This document shows positions 1 to 9,276 of a DNA stretch of 40,505 bases, one piece after another. How positions within the stretch are numbered: the stretch's first letter is position 1; each line of letters begins with the position of its first letter. This DNA is from Candidatus Kaiserbacteria bacterium RIFCSPHIGHO2_02_FULL_49_16 (GTDB lineage: Bacteria; Patescibacteriota; Minisyncoccia; Phycocordibacterales; UBA2100): the NCBI GenBank assembly GCA_001781465.1, contig MFLD01000031.1, forward strand, positions 1 to 40,505. The letters run 5' to 3'. Below the pieces are notes generated by a model. That model saw nothing but the letters and a program-made list of their open reading frames with translations. It did no database searches and was not told where the DNA came from. A program made the position numbers and the translations under genes.

Positions 1-83
1 CCCGAAGCGTATCGCAGCTAAGCCGCGTCCTTCATCGCCCTTTAGAGTCAAGGCATCCACCGCACGCCCTTACTCAGAACTCC
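1..83 (-). rRNA. rrl: 23S rRNA, 5' end (continues off the left edge)
   Basis: Reverse complement reads AAGGGCGTGCGGTGGATGCCTTGACTCTAAAGGGCGATGAAGGACGCGG...GCGATACGCTTCGGG, the conserved 5' domain of bacterial 23S. The mature 5' end is approximate. Confidence 0.95.
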
Positions 84-377
84 CGTCAGGAATTCTGAGA
101 ACCGCGTGTTCTGCCCGCCACATTTTTAATGTGCCGGGACTTTTGTTGCCCATACTGTAGACGATACAGTATGAGTTCCTGCGTTGATGCGGTCTACACC
201 ACACCAACACTTTTGTTTGATTCTTTTGTCGTCAGCGCTCCGCGCGCCGACCGCAGACGCACGCAGACATTACGCAGACTGTCGCAGAAAAAATGCACTG
301 CATTCTTTCCGCGTTCTTCTGCGTTCGTTCCGCGTCATTCCGCGGTCAGTGCAAAGCACTGACTTGTCGCTCTTCAG

Positions 378-390
378 TTGTCAACGAGCA
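378..390 (-). promoter_or_regulatory. boxA-like antitermination element in the 23S leader
   Basis: Minus strand TGCTCGTTGACAA resembles rrn boxA (TGCTCTTTAACAA) and lies between the promoter and the 23S 5' end. Confidence 0.6.
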
Positions 391-500
391 ACATATGGAC
401 ATCAAAAAAACCGCTTGAGAGCGGCATCGGTTGCGCAGCTTTTAGCTGGCTACCTACGCCACTTTTGAGGGATTTGAAATGATTACCATATGTGCCGAGG

Positions 501-529
501 AGTATAGCGGACACGGTATTGCATGTCAA
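501..529 (-). promoter_or_regulatory. sigma70 promoter for the stand-alone 23S gene
   Basis: Minus strand TTGACA (524-529), 17-nt spacer, TATACT (501-506). Confidence 0.85.
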
Positions 530-570
530 CCAGTTAAACCGGCATTTTTCGTGGATAACTGGTGTACGGA

Positions 571-1272
571 TTAATCCTCCAGATCTTCGACGGTTTTTTC
601 TGCGTTTTTTAGGTCTTCTGAGTCAGTAATTTGTATCCACGCGTCGGTTTGGACAAGCTCAAGAAGTATTCCAGACGCCCGTGAAGCCGCAAGAACTGTT
701 TGCGGAAGTCCAAACTCTTCAGATCTTTCTTTTGCTTGAACTAGAACCATCTCGTGTCCGAACAATCTGATGTCGAGCGAAAATAAATTTGTTGACACTA
801 AACCCGGAGTGCTATGTTCATCGCTTTCAATGATATCCGCAATATTTCCATTGATGGTTATTATCTTCCCGCCTCCTTGAATTCGCGATGTCTCCATAGC
901 AAACATGAGCCAAGTGTCGCTCTGGCAAGCACGCTTTATGTCATCTTTACTGTACAAATCGTCCCCCATCATCACAATGAATTTCTCCAGCAAGATTTCA
1001 CGGGCGCTCCATAGTGCTCCGGCTGTACCGCAAGCTGGTCCCTGCTCTACATAAGTAATTTTCTTTCCTTTATAGTTGTTTCCAAATCGTTCTCGTATCA
1101 ACCTTCTCAGATATCCGACTACCAAAACTATTTCATCTACTTCATCCGGTAACACATCAAATTTATGCTCGAGAAGAGTTTTGCCCCTTACTTCCAAAAG
1201 CGGCTTCGGGATTTTCTCCGTTAGGCCTTTCATTCTGGTTCCGCGTCCTGCCGCTAAAATAACAGCCTGCAT
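571..1272 (-). CDS. sugar-phosphate nucleotidyltransferase (NTP_transferase, GlmU N-domain-like)
   Basis: MQAVILAAGRGTRM...PKPLL motif and GDD. Start placed at the family N-terminus, 7 nt after TACAAT (1280-1285). Confidence 0.85.
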   Translation of the reverse strand: MQAVILAAGRGTRMKGLTEKIPKPLLEVRGKTLLEHKFDVLPDEVDEIVLVVGYLRRLIRERFGNNYKGKKITYVEQGPACGTAGALWSAREILLEKFIVMMGDDLYSKDDIKRACQSDTWLMFAMETSRIQGGGKIITINGNIADIIESDEHSTPGLVSTNLFSLDIRLFGHEMVLVQAKERSEEFGLPQTVLAASRASGILLELVQTDAWIQITDSEDLKNAEKTVEDLED

Positions 1273-1289
1273 ATCTTGCATTGTAGCAA

Positions 1290-1325
1290 ATACAAAACAC
1301 CCCCCTCGTGGGGAGCGTTTGTTTG
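1290..1325 (-). terminator. probable intrinsic terminator
   Basis: GC-rich hairpin followed by a T-rich tail on the minus strand, just downstream of ORF 1354..2043. Confidence 0.5.
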
Positions 1326-1353
1326 CCAATATTCTTGGCAGAGAAACACAACG

Positions 1354-2043
1354 CTAATTATTGTGTGAGATTTCTGAACGAACGCGCTCTATAGTGCGAG
1401 CCGCCGCTTCTTTGCCTCCGAGCCCAAATGCCAGGCCGAAAGAAAGAGCGAACGCAACTACAAGTCCTTGGAAGAGCGTCGTGACCAATTCACTTGCGAC
1501 ATTGAGCTGCGTCAAAGCCGCGAGAATGCCGAAAATCCAAATCGCGTATTTGGCGACTGTGCCGGCTAGATTCGCCGCATGCGCGCCAGTAGCGCGAGCA
1601 GAGCCAGCTACCAAATTCTTTACCAGTTCCGCAACTATCGCGGTAATTATCAGAATGATAACCGCGACAATTACCTGCGGGAGGTAAAGGAGCACCACTT
1701 GCTGAAGGAAGGTAATTACTCGATTCAGACCCAGAATGTCGAGGGCCGACATCAAGAACACGATCACTACGAACCACTTGACTAGTGTGGCCAGAAAACG
1801 CCCGATGTCTAGATTGAAGCCCGCGTTTTTTGCCGCTTCGTTGACGCCAGCCGCCCTCAGGGCGTCATCTACGCGCAACACCTTCACTATCTGCTCAACA
1901 ACTCGATACAGAATAATACTGACAACCCAGCCGATTACAAAGACAACAACCGCTATCAAGATATTCGGCAGGTATTGCACGACAACCCACCACAGATTCT
2001 GTAGCGAAGTTTGAACAACGCTTGCTGATTGTGAAACTATCAT
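1354..2043 (-). CDS. TM-helix repeat membrane protein (CmpX / small mechanosensitive channel-like)
   Basis: Two YLPN/QII..A repeats, several TM segments and a C-terminal GLAFGLGG motif. Confidence 0.8.
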   Translation of the reverse strand: MIVSQSASVVQTSLQNLWWVVVQYLPNILIAVVVFVIGWVVSIILYRVVEQIVKVLRVDDALRAAGVNEAAKNAGFNLDIGRFLATLVKWFVVIVFLMSALDILGLNRVITFLQQVVLLYLPQVIVAVIILIITAIVAELVKNLVAGSARATGAHAANLAGTVAKYAIWIFGILAALTQLNVASELVTTLFQGLVVAFALSFGLAFGLGGKEAAARTIERVRSEISHNN

Positions 2044-2210
2044 ATATTGAATCTTATAAATATTAATAACCTATTAATAATAGATTGTAACGATTTCGAC
2101 CTCGTATAGCGTCAATAGTAACATTGCGAAGAGCCAAATCAGCGCAGAAGATGCCACAGTGTGGATAGCCAAATGAAGGCAATTTTAGGCAGTTTGCAGG
2201 CCGTTTTCAC

Positions 2211-2337
2211 CCCGTTAGAAGTCTGTCTTAAGTGACTATTACGCTTTGTTTCTGACATACTTTGTTTTTTGCCATGTCCCCGCTAATTCAACGCAGAAAA
2301 AATCGCTCAATTTTTTCTGTCAAAGACTTCTAACGGG
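2211..2337. mobile_element. MITE-like element, copy 1
   Basis: Terminal inverted repeats CCCGTTAGAAGTCT...AGACTTCTAACGGG, flanked by TTTCAC and GTTCAC (possible target duplication). Confidence 0.7.
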
Positions 2338-2339
2338 GT

Positions 2340-2990
2340 TCACTTAAGAACACCGGCTCGGTCGAGCAGAATCATGTTGGGGTAGTCCAAGATATCGCGA
2401 ATAAGGTGGTCTTGAATAGTAAGCCGATAGGAAAACTCCATGGTTCCAAATGTTGAATACCTTATTTCTCTCCCGTAGAGCGGTTCAAGCGATCTTATGG
2501 CATTTTCAAGGCGATTCTCGTTTAAATTATCGGCGACGACTATCAAATCCACAGGTCTAGTTACATCTCCCATAAAACATCCCGACGCTATAACGACGGA
2601 GAGACGGCCGGTATTTTTCAACACATCTAAAATATGATTGTATCGTATGGGAGAAATCTCGTGAACAAAAGAGGATAGGGCGCGCAGATACTTGAATTCC
2701 GGATCCAGAAACCAAGAATTTTCTTGTTTTGCGCCGTGACTTGTCTTTTTCCCGCGAGCACCTTTCCCCTTCTTTTTCGCTTGGACAACATCTTTTCCCC
2801 TCTTTATGATGCCCAATTTCTCCAGAATTTTAATTTCACGATTCGTTGATTGAGTGCTTAAGCCGGCGCGCTTGGCTAACTGAACAACTGTCAGAGGGTC
2901 CGACTTATCTGATTGATTGAATATGAATACGCGAACCAGCTTAGCTCTCGATTGATTGCCTAGAAATGCGACTAAAAAGTCCTCACCCAT
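2340..2990 (-). CDS. winged HTH protein with C-terminal nucleotidyltransferase-like domain
   Basis: N-terminal RAKLVRVF...QLAKRAGLS...REIKILEKLGII HTH. C-terminal SG.F...VDLIVV resembles a minimal NTase fold. Confidence 0.65.
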   Translation of the reverse strand: MGEDFLVAFLGNQSRAKLVRVFIFNQSDKSDPLTVVQLAKRAGLSTQSTNREIKILEKLGIIKRGKDVVQAKKKGKGARGKKTSHGAKQENSWFLDPEFKYLRALSSFVHEISPIRYNHILDVLKNTGRLSVVIASGCFMGDVTRPVDLIVVADNLNENRLENAIRSLEPLYGREIRYSTFGTMEFSYRLTIQDHLIRDILDYPNMILLDRAGVLK

Positions 2991-3036
2991 ATCACCAACT
3001 CTAGCATAAAATGGGGACGATTACATATGCACCTTA

Positions 3037-3060
3037 GCCGATTCGTAGCTACGAATCGGC
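3037..3060. repeat. perfect 24-bp palindrome
   Basis: GCCGATTCGTAG|CTACGAATCGGC. Confidence 0.9.
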
Positions 3061-3175
3061 ATCGCACGCACCTTAGTGCGCGTGACCACGGAAAAGTTAC
3101 TTGGGAGTAACTTTGAGCCTCGAGTTGCTACTCTCGGCATCTCTCGCGCCTTCGCGCTCGGGACCTACGGTAAGG

Positions 3176-3592
3176 TTACTTCAGAGTAACCTTACCCCCC
3201 GCTGTCTCAATTTTTTTCTTCCATTCCTCCGCTGTTTCCTTCTTTACTCCTTCTTTCAACATAGCGGGAGCGCTCTCTACCAAGTCCTTCGCCTCCTTTA
3301 ATCCAAGCGCGAGAACTTCTTTTACAACTTTGATTACCGCAATTTTCTGGTCTCCGACAGCAGTGAGTTCAACATTGAACTCGCTCTTGTCTTCTCCGGC
3401 CGCCGCCACTCCTCCTTCTGCCGGTCCGGCAACCGCCGCCTGAGCCGAAATGCCGAATTTCTTTTCCAATAATTTTACGAGTTCATTTAACTCCAACACT
3501 GTCATTTGTTCAACCTGCTCAACGAGCGCCTTGAACTTTGCTGGCACTTCCACGGACGCTTCAGTGGCTGGTGTAGTTTGTTCTTCTGTCAT
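3176..3592 (-). CDS. rplL: 50S ribosomal protein L7/L12
   Basis: [31 protein letters not shown] motifs. Confidence 0.98.
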   Translation of the reverse strand: MTEEQTTPATEASVEVPAKFKALVEQVEQMTVLELNELVKLLEKKFGISAQAAVAGPAEGGVAAAGEDKSEFNVELTAVGDQKIAVIKVVKEVLALGLKEAKDLVESAPAMLKEGVKKETAEEWKKKIETAGGKVTLK

Positions 3593-3645
3593 AACGAATA
3601 GTTAATAGTTAATAGATAAGTAGTGTGTAGTAAATGCAAATGCTT

Positions 3646-4149
3646 TTACTGTTTCTTTTCCGAGATTGCACTAAGCGCAATAACAAGTCCGCGCATTGGC
3701 GAACTTATTACATTCACAAACATCCCACGCAATGATTGAAGCGAAGGAATGGTTGCGATTTCACGCATTCTCTCTGCGCCCACAAATTTACCCTCGAAAA
3801 TGCCTCCGAGAATGAAAAGTTTCTCGCCCCCGAACTGTTTCGCAAATTTCCAAACCAGTCGAGCTGGCGTTGTCGGATCGCCGTCCAGAGTTCCGTCGTA
3901 CGCAATCGCAACTTCGCCTCCAAGCGGGATGTCTTTGTGCTCCAAACCAAGTTTGTCCAGAGCCCTCCGGATGAGCGTCTTCTTCGCAACTGTGTAAGAA
4001 ACTCCGTCTGCTCGAAAATTTCTTCGCATCGCAGATTCCTCTGCGACGGTAATCTTCGTAAAGTGTACGAGAACAGCCGATGAGGCGCTCTTAAGCGCTT
4101 TCTCCAACTTGTCGATAATTTGTCCCTTCTGTTCTTTTGTTTTCGCCAT
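3646..4149 (-). CDS. rplJ: 50S ribosomal protein L10
   Basis: K..K...I..L N-terminus, VAKKTL, IATIPS; directly upstream of rplL. Confidence 0.96.
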   Translation of the reverse strand: MAKTKEQKGQIIDKLEKALKSASSAVLVHFTKITVAEESAMRRNFRADGVSYTVAKKTLIRRALDKLGLEHKDIPLGGEVAIAYDGTLDGDPTTPARLVWKFAKQFGGEKLFILGGIFEGKFVGAERMREIATIPSLQSLRGMFVNVISSPMRGLVIALSAISEKKQ

Positions 4150-4354
4150 CTTAGAGATTCTTAATGAGCGTAGCGAATTTAGAAGCTCTTAGACCCCTCC
4201 CCAATTTAGCATCACACAAACCAATCCCAATTTCTATATTCTGTCGAGACTGTCTCAACCAACATGCAAGATTATAACTTTGGAACGGATGCGAAATTGG
4301 TGAGGGGTAAGAAAACCCGCTGCTCATATTTTTTAACAAGGCACTCGAGAGTTT

Positions 4355-4472
4355 CGACCTCGGCAAGCCTGACAAGAACAGGTTCTAGGTTCTAGGGGCT
4401 AGGTTCTAGGAGAATTCCCTGACACCTGGTCCCTGAAACCTGTCACCTGTTCAACGCTCGCTGTCTCTAGCC
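4355..4472 (-). promoter_or_regulatory. L10 leader (rplJ autoregulatory RNA) containing a repeat-derived hairpin
   Basis: Minus strand AGAGACAGCGAGC...GGCTTGCCGAGG matches the L10-leader pattern AAGACNGYAGG...CCURCNGAGG. It lies between the promoter and rplJ. Confidence 0.7.
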
Positions 4473-4483
4473 TTACGCGTAGC

Positions 4484-4511
4484 ATTCTACCCATTTCACG
4501 CATTGAGTCAA
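4484..4511 (-). promoter_or_regulatory. sigma70 promoter of rplJL
   Basis: TTGACT (4506-4511), 16-nt spacer, TAGAAT (4484-4489). Confidence 0.7.
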
Positions 4512-4560
4512 TGCGCCAGATCTTCTTCAAGCTACAAGCTACCGGCTACAAGCTCTACTC

Positions 4561-4719
4561 CTATTGCCTATCCTGTACCCACGAACCAACCGACGCGGTT
4601 TGTGTTGAATCAGTTGAATCAATCGATGAGGTGTATTTGTCTATCGTCACAGTAATCGCAAGACTTATCACGATAAAAGCGAGGAAGCCGAAAGTGAAGC
4701 GAAAGAATGAGCTTGTCAT
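4561..4719 (-). CDS. small single-TM protein, 52 aa (not in ORF track)
   Basis: MTSSFFRFTFGFLAFIVISLAITVTIDKY...QDRQ*. TATAAT (4726-4731) lies 6 nt before the ATG. Confidence 0.65.
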   Translation of the reverse strand: MTSSFFRFTFGFLAFIVISLAITVTIDKYTSSIDSTDSTQTASVGSWVQDRQ

Positions 4720-4775
4720 GTGTGCATTATAAACTACGCACGGCTAGTAGCCAGTTAGCCAGAAAATAACTGTGC

Positions 4776-4815
4776 CTGTCCCCGTTATTCTGCCGTTATT
4801 CTGTCCCCGTTATTC
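4776..4815. repeat. short tandem repeat CCGTTATTC x3
   Basis: CTGTCCCCGTTATTC TGCCGTTATTC TGTCCCCGTTATTC. Confidence 0.8.
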
Positions 4816-4818
4816 ATA

Positions 4819-6405
4819 TTAGATACTATATTGTTCAGGAGCGTATTCTGTTGGAACGTAACCGGCTGTTTGAAAAACCCCAGAATTTCCATTGTAGTTA
4901 GTATACGTATCTCCATAATTTGGAGCGCCATATTCTCGGACTTGAGGATATTGATAATCCCAATTACTCCAATTATTCCAATTTTGATTTAGTGCTTGTT
5001 GCCAACCAGTTCCGTAGAGCCCCTCTCCGCCAGCATCTTGTTGGAATACTACACTCCTAATACCAACCGTCTCGTTATCATCTGCGGGCACTCCTTGAGA
5101 ATTGACTCTGTAGAATCCTCCTATGTCAGAAGTGGGCGACCCGCTGTCAGCGACATCATTATAATTAGCCCATCGTACTGGTCCTGATCCAGGTGCAGAA
5201 GCGGACTGTCTTGCTTCATCATCGAATGCGACAGCACTGTTATCTTGCCCACTACTGGGCGACCTAGCGCCTGTAATCCAATTGAGTATTGGGCCGATTA
5301 ATGGGATGTCGACGTAATGAACTGGAGGGAGCGGCTCATCGAGACAGTCCCCATTGTACGCAAAGCGCACACATGGTGGTTGGGCAGTAGCCGGGGCGGG
5401 GGCTGGGGCGGGGGCATTACTTGATCCGACAAGTTGTTGACTAGCTTCAGAGCTATACGGTGCCCCCACCTTTGCAACTACAGCATTACTAGGTGTTTCT
5501 GCTGGCAAGACACTATATCCCCACTGAAAATTCGCTTGTTGATTGCAACCAAATTCAGACTGGCTGTTAGCCTGGCAAGCAGTCATAAACTCTGAGCGAG
5601 AACTGAAATCAGACGGATTTAAAGCCGTTTTTCCTGCCTCCACAGTGGTCCATCCACGTTCCGTCTTAACAATGGTCGTGCCATCAAACGCGCTTCCGGC
5701 AGTCACAATTCCTTGCCCCGATGCATTAGCTACAGCTTGCGCGCTACCAGCGACAGGTTCGACATCCCCCGTGAATCTATACCATGGGCTTTGTGAGTTA
5801 TCCACATTCCCGCCACTAATAAAAGGAACATAGGGGCCTTGAGGACCTCCGACTTGTTTGGGTTCTAATAATTTGGGCCCGGGTGCTTCATTTGCTGGGG
5901 CATCGCTTGCTGCAAAAGGATTAATCGATGTTCTATTTTTCAGATAATATGCTTTTTGTGCCACTTCGCCACAGGTCCATCCTTGTTTCGCAGTACAGGG
6001 TGATGAAACGTTTTCATAATACTCTTGAGCTGAAAGATTGGGTGCCCATCCCGGCACGCTTGGATCCCTAGTTACTTGGGCTGGAGCCGTATTTGGGAAT
6101 AATCTTTGTGCTGAGTTAGGTATAGTCGTTATGTCTGAATTTGCTCCCGCTTCTGTGCTGTAAATCATTCCTGAGCCAACTCCAACCACAGGACCTCCAA
6201 TAAAACGTGTAAATGGACTCTTTATTATGTTGCCGATTCTGCTAAACCATGATTCTTCGACAACTGCTCCCCCAGCCCGTTGAAAAGCCCTCAGAGCGTC
6301 GCCCGTAGTAGGAAAATCAGCGCGAGCTGGAATGGGAACGCTAACAAGCGACAGCAATACAAAAAGAATCAAGAGCGATTGGATTGAAAGGCGGGATGAG
6401 GTCAT
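4819..6405 (-). CDS. secreted/surface hypothetical protein
   Basis: 528-aa ORF with a signal peptide (..PARA/DF), Pro/Ala linkers, three Cys pairs and an aromatic/Asn-rich C-terminus. Confidence 0.7.
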   Translation of the reverse strand: MTSSRLSIQSLLILFVLLSLVSVPIPARADFPTTGDALRAFQRAGGAVVEESWFSRIGNIIKSPFTRFIGGPVVGVGSGMIYSTEAGANSDITTIPNSAQRLFPNTAPAQVTRDPSVPGWAPNLSAQEYYENVSSPCTAKQGWTCGEVAQKAYYLKNRTSINPFAASDAPANEAPGPKLLEPKQVGGPQGPYVPFISGGNVDNSQSPWYRFTGDVEPVAGSAQAVANASGQGIVTAGSAFDGTTIVKTERGWTTVEAGKTALNPSDFSSRSEFMTACQANSQSEFGCNQQANFQWGYSVLPAETPSNAVVAKVGAPYSSEASQQLVGSSNAPAPAPAPATAQPPCVRFAYNGDCLDEPLPPVHYVDIPLIGPILNWITGARSPSSGQDNSAVAFDDEARQSASAPGSGPVRWANYNDVADSGSPTSDIGGFYRVNSQGVPADDNETVGIRSVVFQQDAGGEGLYGTGWQQALNQNWNNWSNWDYQYPQVREYGAPNYGDTYTNYNGNSGVFQTAGYVPTEYAPEQYSI

Positions 6406-6523
6406 AGGATGGGGACAGGTTTTGGGTTCCAGGTTTTAGGCTTTAGGTCTAATCTACCTCCATACACGATACTCCATACACGATACGCGCAACTACAGTG
6501 GGTGGGGATAACGGGGGCGCTCA

Positions 6524-6581
6524 GAGACATGGCCGTTTAAGACGGAGGAATCACTCAAACCGTCTTAAACGGCCATGTCTC
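6524..6581. repeat. inverted repeat with perfect 22-bp arms
   Basis: GAGACATGGCCGTTTAAGACGG, 14-nt loop, CCGTCTTAAACGGCCATGTCTC. Confidence 0.9.
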
Positions 6582-6672
6582 CTCGCTGAAGATGGAAAAA
6601 GCGTAGTAAACGGGGAGAGTCACCCTTTCCACTTTTTCGCTGACTTTAGGATTGTGGTACTGTTGTGAACAT

Positions 6673-6990
6673 ATGAAGAAGAGAAAAGAGTCTGGATTTG
6701 ACAAACTTGCGCGCCTGATAAAATCGGAGAGTGACGATATTCGGAGTACGATGGCGACTAAGGCAGAGACAGCTACTAAAGCTGACATAGCCAGCATGCG
6801 GAAGGATATGGCGACCAGGGCTGATATTGCGGGAATCATGACAGAGCTTACCGATATTAAACAGCGGCTTAAAGCCGTAGAGGTCGCAGTCGAGAATCAT
6901 GCCGGGTTTAGCAAAGAAATCGACCTCGCGTTTGCACGTATCGCTGTAATTTAGAAACATCTTGGAATCAAACAGAAAGTGCGGGCGTGA
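6673..6990 (+). pseudogene. small coiled-coil ATKADI-repeat protein with a probable premature TAG at 6952-6954
   Basis: MKKRKESGFDKLARLIK...MATKAE/ATKADI/MATRADI...RIAVI*KHLGIKQKVRA*. The frame continues for 11 codons after the TAG. Confidence 0.55.
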
Positions 6991-7034
6991 GTTCCGAGGA
7001 GACACCTTGCACATGCCAAGGAGTCACCTCGGAA

Positions 7035-7676
7035 CTATTTCTGCCCTCTCGTTTTCCAGGCGTTGATATTTTTGTGATTGCCGGAGAGGAGTACATTAGG
7101 TACTCGGTACTTTTTGCCTTTCCATACAAGAACTTCCGGGCGGGTATAGACCTCGGGGCTTGAGACGCGGGAGCGCTCTAGGGATTCGGCTTTTCCTAAA
7201 ACTCCGGGAATAAATCTCGCAACGGCGTCAATTACTGTTGCCGCCGGCAGTTCCCCGCCTGTTAAAACATACGGGCCGACAGAAACCGGCTTCGCCCGGA
7301 GGATTTTCTGCACGCGCGCGTCCACTCCCTCGTACCGCCCGCAAATAAGCAGAATGTTCCGTCTTTTGGATAATTTTTTCGCCGCTTTCTCGTCAAACTG
7401 AACTCCATCGGTAGAAAAAAATATCTTATCAAAACCGGTCTTTTTTCCGATGGCCTTTTGCGTTGCGCGCAACATCGCTTCCGGATCCAACACCATTCCC
7501 GGACCTCCGCCATACGGGCGCTGGTCTACTCTTTTGTGTTTCCCTACCGCAAATTTCTTCGGGTCATAAAATGAAATCTTGATTAATTTATCCTCTACAG
7601 CGCGCCCGAGAATCGAGCTCTTGATATACGGCTCGATCGATTCGGGGAATAACGTGATGATGTGAAAATGAAGCAT
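7035..7676 (-). CDS. trmD: tRNA (guanine-N1)-methyltransferase
   Basis: IITLFPE, RPYGGGPGMV, CGRYEGVDAR, YVLTGGE, YTRP motifs. Confidence 0.98.
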   Translation of the reverse strand: MLHFHIITLFPESIEPYIKSSILGRAVEDKLIKISFYDPKKFAVGKHKRVDQRPYGGGPGMVLDPEAMLRATQKAIGKKTGFDKIFFSTDGVQFDEKAAKKLSKRRNILLICGRYEGVDARVQKILRAKPVSVGPYVLTGGELPAATVIDAVARFIPGVLGKAESLERSRVSSPEVYTRPEVLVWKGKKYRVPNVLLSGNHKNINAWKTRGQK

Positions 7677-7762
7677 AGCTCGTAGCTTGTAGCTTGTAGC
7701 CAGAGAAATACGAAAGCAAGAAACGGAGCTTGGGTCTTTTGCTACAAGCTACTGGCTACCGG

Positions 7763-8119
7763 CTACTGGTTGTTTTTGAGATCCTTAATCACATCCTCAA
7801 CCGTAGTGTCGCGCACGTATGTCACGGCGGGGGCAGAGCTTCCCATCTCGCTCCTGCGCGGCGCGCGCTCGCTTCCCTCTGGCTCCTCAATTTTAAGATT
7901 CACTCGCGCGTCGTTCTTCATTCCGACCACTCGCAAAACAGTCCGAATCGCCTTCGCCGTTTGGCCGGAGCGCCCGATAATCTTTCCCATGTCATCCCTG
8001 TGAACAGAGAGCACGAGCAGAACGCCCATCTCGTCTACCGTGCGGGTGATTTTCACGTCCTCCGGATGATCTGCTAATGCCTTAACAACATACTCTAAAA
8101 ACTGCTGGTCTTGTTCCAT
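7763..8119 (-). CDS. khpA: KH-domain RNA-binding protein (KhpA/UPF0109)
   Basis: FLEYVVKALADHPEDV...DMGKIIGRSGQTAKAIR. Start placed at MEQDQQF. Confidence 0.9.
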   Translation of the reverse strand: MEQDQQFLEYVVKALADHPEDVKITRTVDEMGVLLVLSVHRDDMGKIIGRSGQTAKAIRTVLRVVGMKNDARVNLKIEEPEGSERAPRRSEMGSSAPAVTYVRDTTVEDVIKDLKNNQ

Positions 8120-8203
8120 ATTCCGTTTATCCGTCGCTATCTTGTAATTGGTATGAGAGTACAAGAGAAAAGCCAAATTGACAAGTGAGAGAGATGTATA
8201 ATA

Positions 8204-9172
8204 ATGGCGCCCATGGCCGAAACACCTGCCAAGGAACAGTCTGGCTTGCTTTCAAATATTCTTGCGGTCGCCGGTTTGGTAATACTGCTGGGGATACTTA
8301 TTTGGGGAACCACTCATCTGGCGGCGCTTTCCGGCTCGTGGTTTTCATCGTTTTCATTCTCGTCCCCTTCTTCCTCAAAAACCATAAAAGTGACAGTGCC
8401 GACAAAGAAAATATCTTCCGGCGAGCAGTTTTCTGTTTCATGGAAATACAATCCGCGAAATGTCGGTACGTATGCGTTGCTATATCAATGTAAAGAGGGC
8501 TTTCAATTCAAGGCGACAGTAGCCGGGAACACGCCAGTTGCGATTCCATGCGGAATCGGATACACGATGCTGGCGGAAAACAACAAGTTTGACGTTATCC
8601 CACTTCTTTCTGGAACATCCTCGGTTGATGTCCAGCTTTCCATTATTTTTATGTCGAGTGCGGCAACCGCAACCGGCACGCCTTCGCAAGTGCGTGGAAA
8701 TGCTAAGGTGACGATTATCCATTCAACAAGCACGCTTCCCCAAGCGGCCGAAAATACCCCTGTCGAGAAAACTTCTATGCTGCAAACTGTTGAAACTCCG
8801 TCGACTAATGCTACAGACAGCCCAAATCTCTCCGTGCGCATTTTGTCCAAGGGCGTTATTGATCCGATAGGCGGAAACATTATTTCCCGAGAACCAACAT
8901 CGCCTAATGACCTAGTCTCGGTGCGGTTCCTAATTTCAAACGATGGCGGCACATCAACCGGCCCGTGGTACTTCACGGCCAAGCTTCCGACATCGCCGAA
9001 CTATCCTTACACTTCTCCCGCGCAAGCGCCGCTCAAAGCCGGCGGGAAAATTGAGAACATGTTGCGTTTCAAAAACGCTATTCCGGGAGGAGTCTTTTCC
9101 GTGACAGTTGACCCTGTAAACGAAGTTAAAGAATCAGACGAGGGCAATAATTCCGCGAGTACGAGTATCTAG
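8204..9172 (+). CDS. membrane-anchored CARDB/Ig-like domain protein
   Basis: N-terminal TM; C-terminal PNLSV...V.F.ISNDG...VDPVNEVKESDEGNN CARDB signature. The start may be 8213. Confidence 0.8.
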   Translation: MAPMAETPAKEQSGLLSNILAVAGLVILLGILIWGTTHLAALSGSWFSSFSFSSPSSSKTIKVTVPTKKISSGEQFSVSWKYNPRNVGTYALLYQCKEGFQFKATVAGNTPVAIPCGIGYTMLAENNKFDVIPLLSGTSSVDVQLSIIFMSSAATATGTPSQVRGNAKVTIIHSTSTLPQAAENTPVEKTSMLQTVETPSTNATDSPNLSVRILSKGVIDPIGGNIISREPTSPNDLVSVRFLISNDGGTSTGPWYFTAKLPTSPNYPYTSPAQAPLKAGGKIENMLRFKNAIPGGVFSVTVDPVNEVKESDEGNNSASTSI

Positions 9173-9204
9173 TGGGCAGGAGGTAGGAGTTAAGAAATAA
9201 GAAC

Positions 9205-9237
9205 CAAAATGTTCAACACCGAGTGTTGAACATTTTG
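9205..9237. terminator. hairpin between convergent genes (possible bidirectional terminator)
   Basis: CAAAATGTTCAACAC-CGA-GTGTTGAACATTTTG. Confidence 0.6.
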
Positions 9238-9276
9238 TATTTGCTACAAGCTACCGGCTACAAGCTTATGGCTTTC

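Noticed and set aside
129..468. ORFs 129..362 and 184..468
   Set aside because: Antisense to the structured 23S leader and built from repeats.
4151..4375. 74-aa ORF upstream of rplJ
   Set aside because: Non-ATG start overlapping the L10 leader with no recognisable features; more likely 5' UTR, though not excluded.
8178..8202. TTGACA...TATAAT promoter for the CARDB gene
   Set aside because: The spacer is only 13 nt, so the two hexamers are not supported as one promoter; the -10 alone may function.
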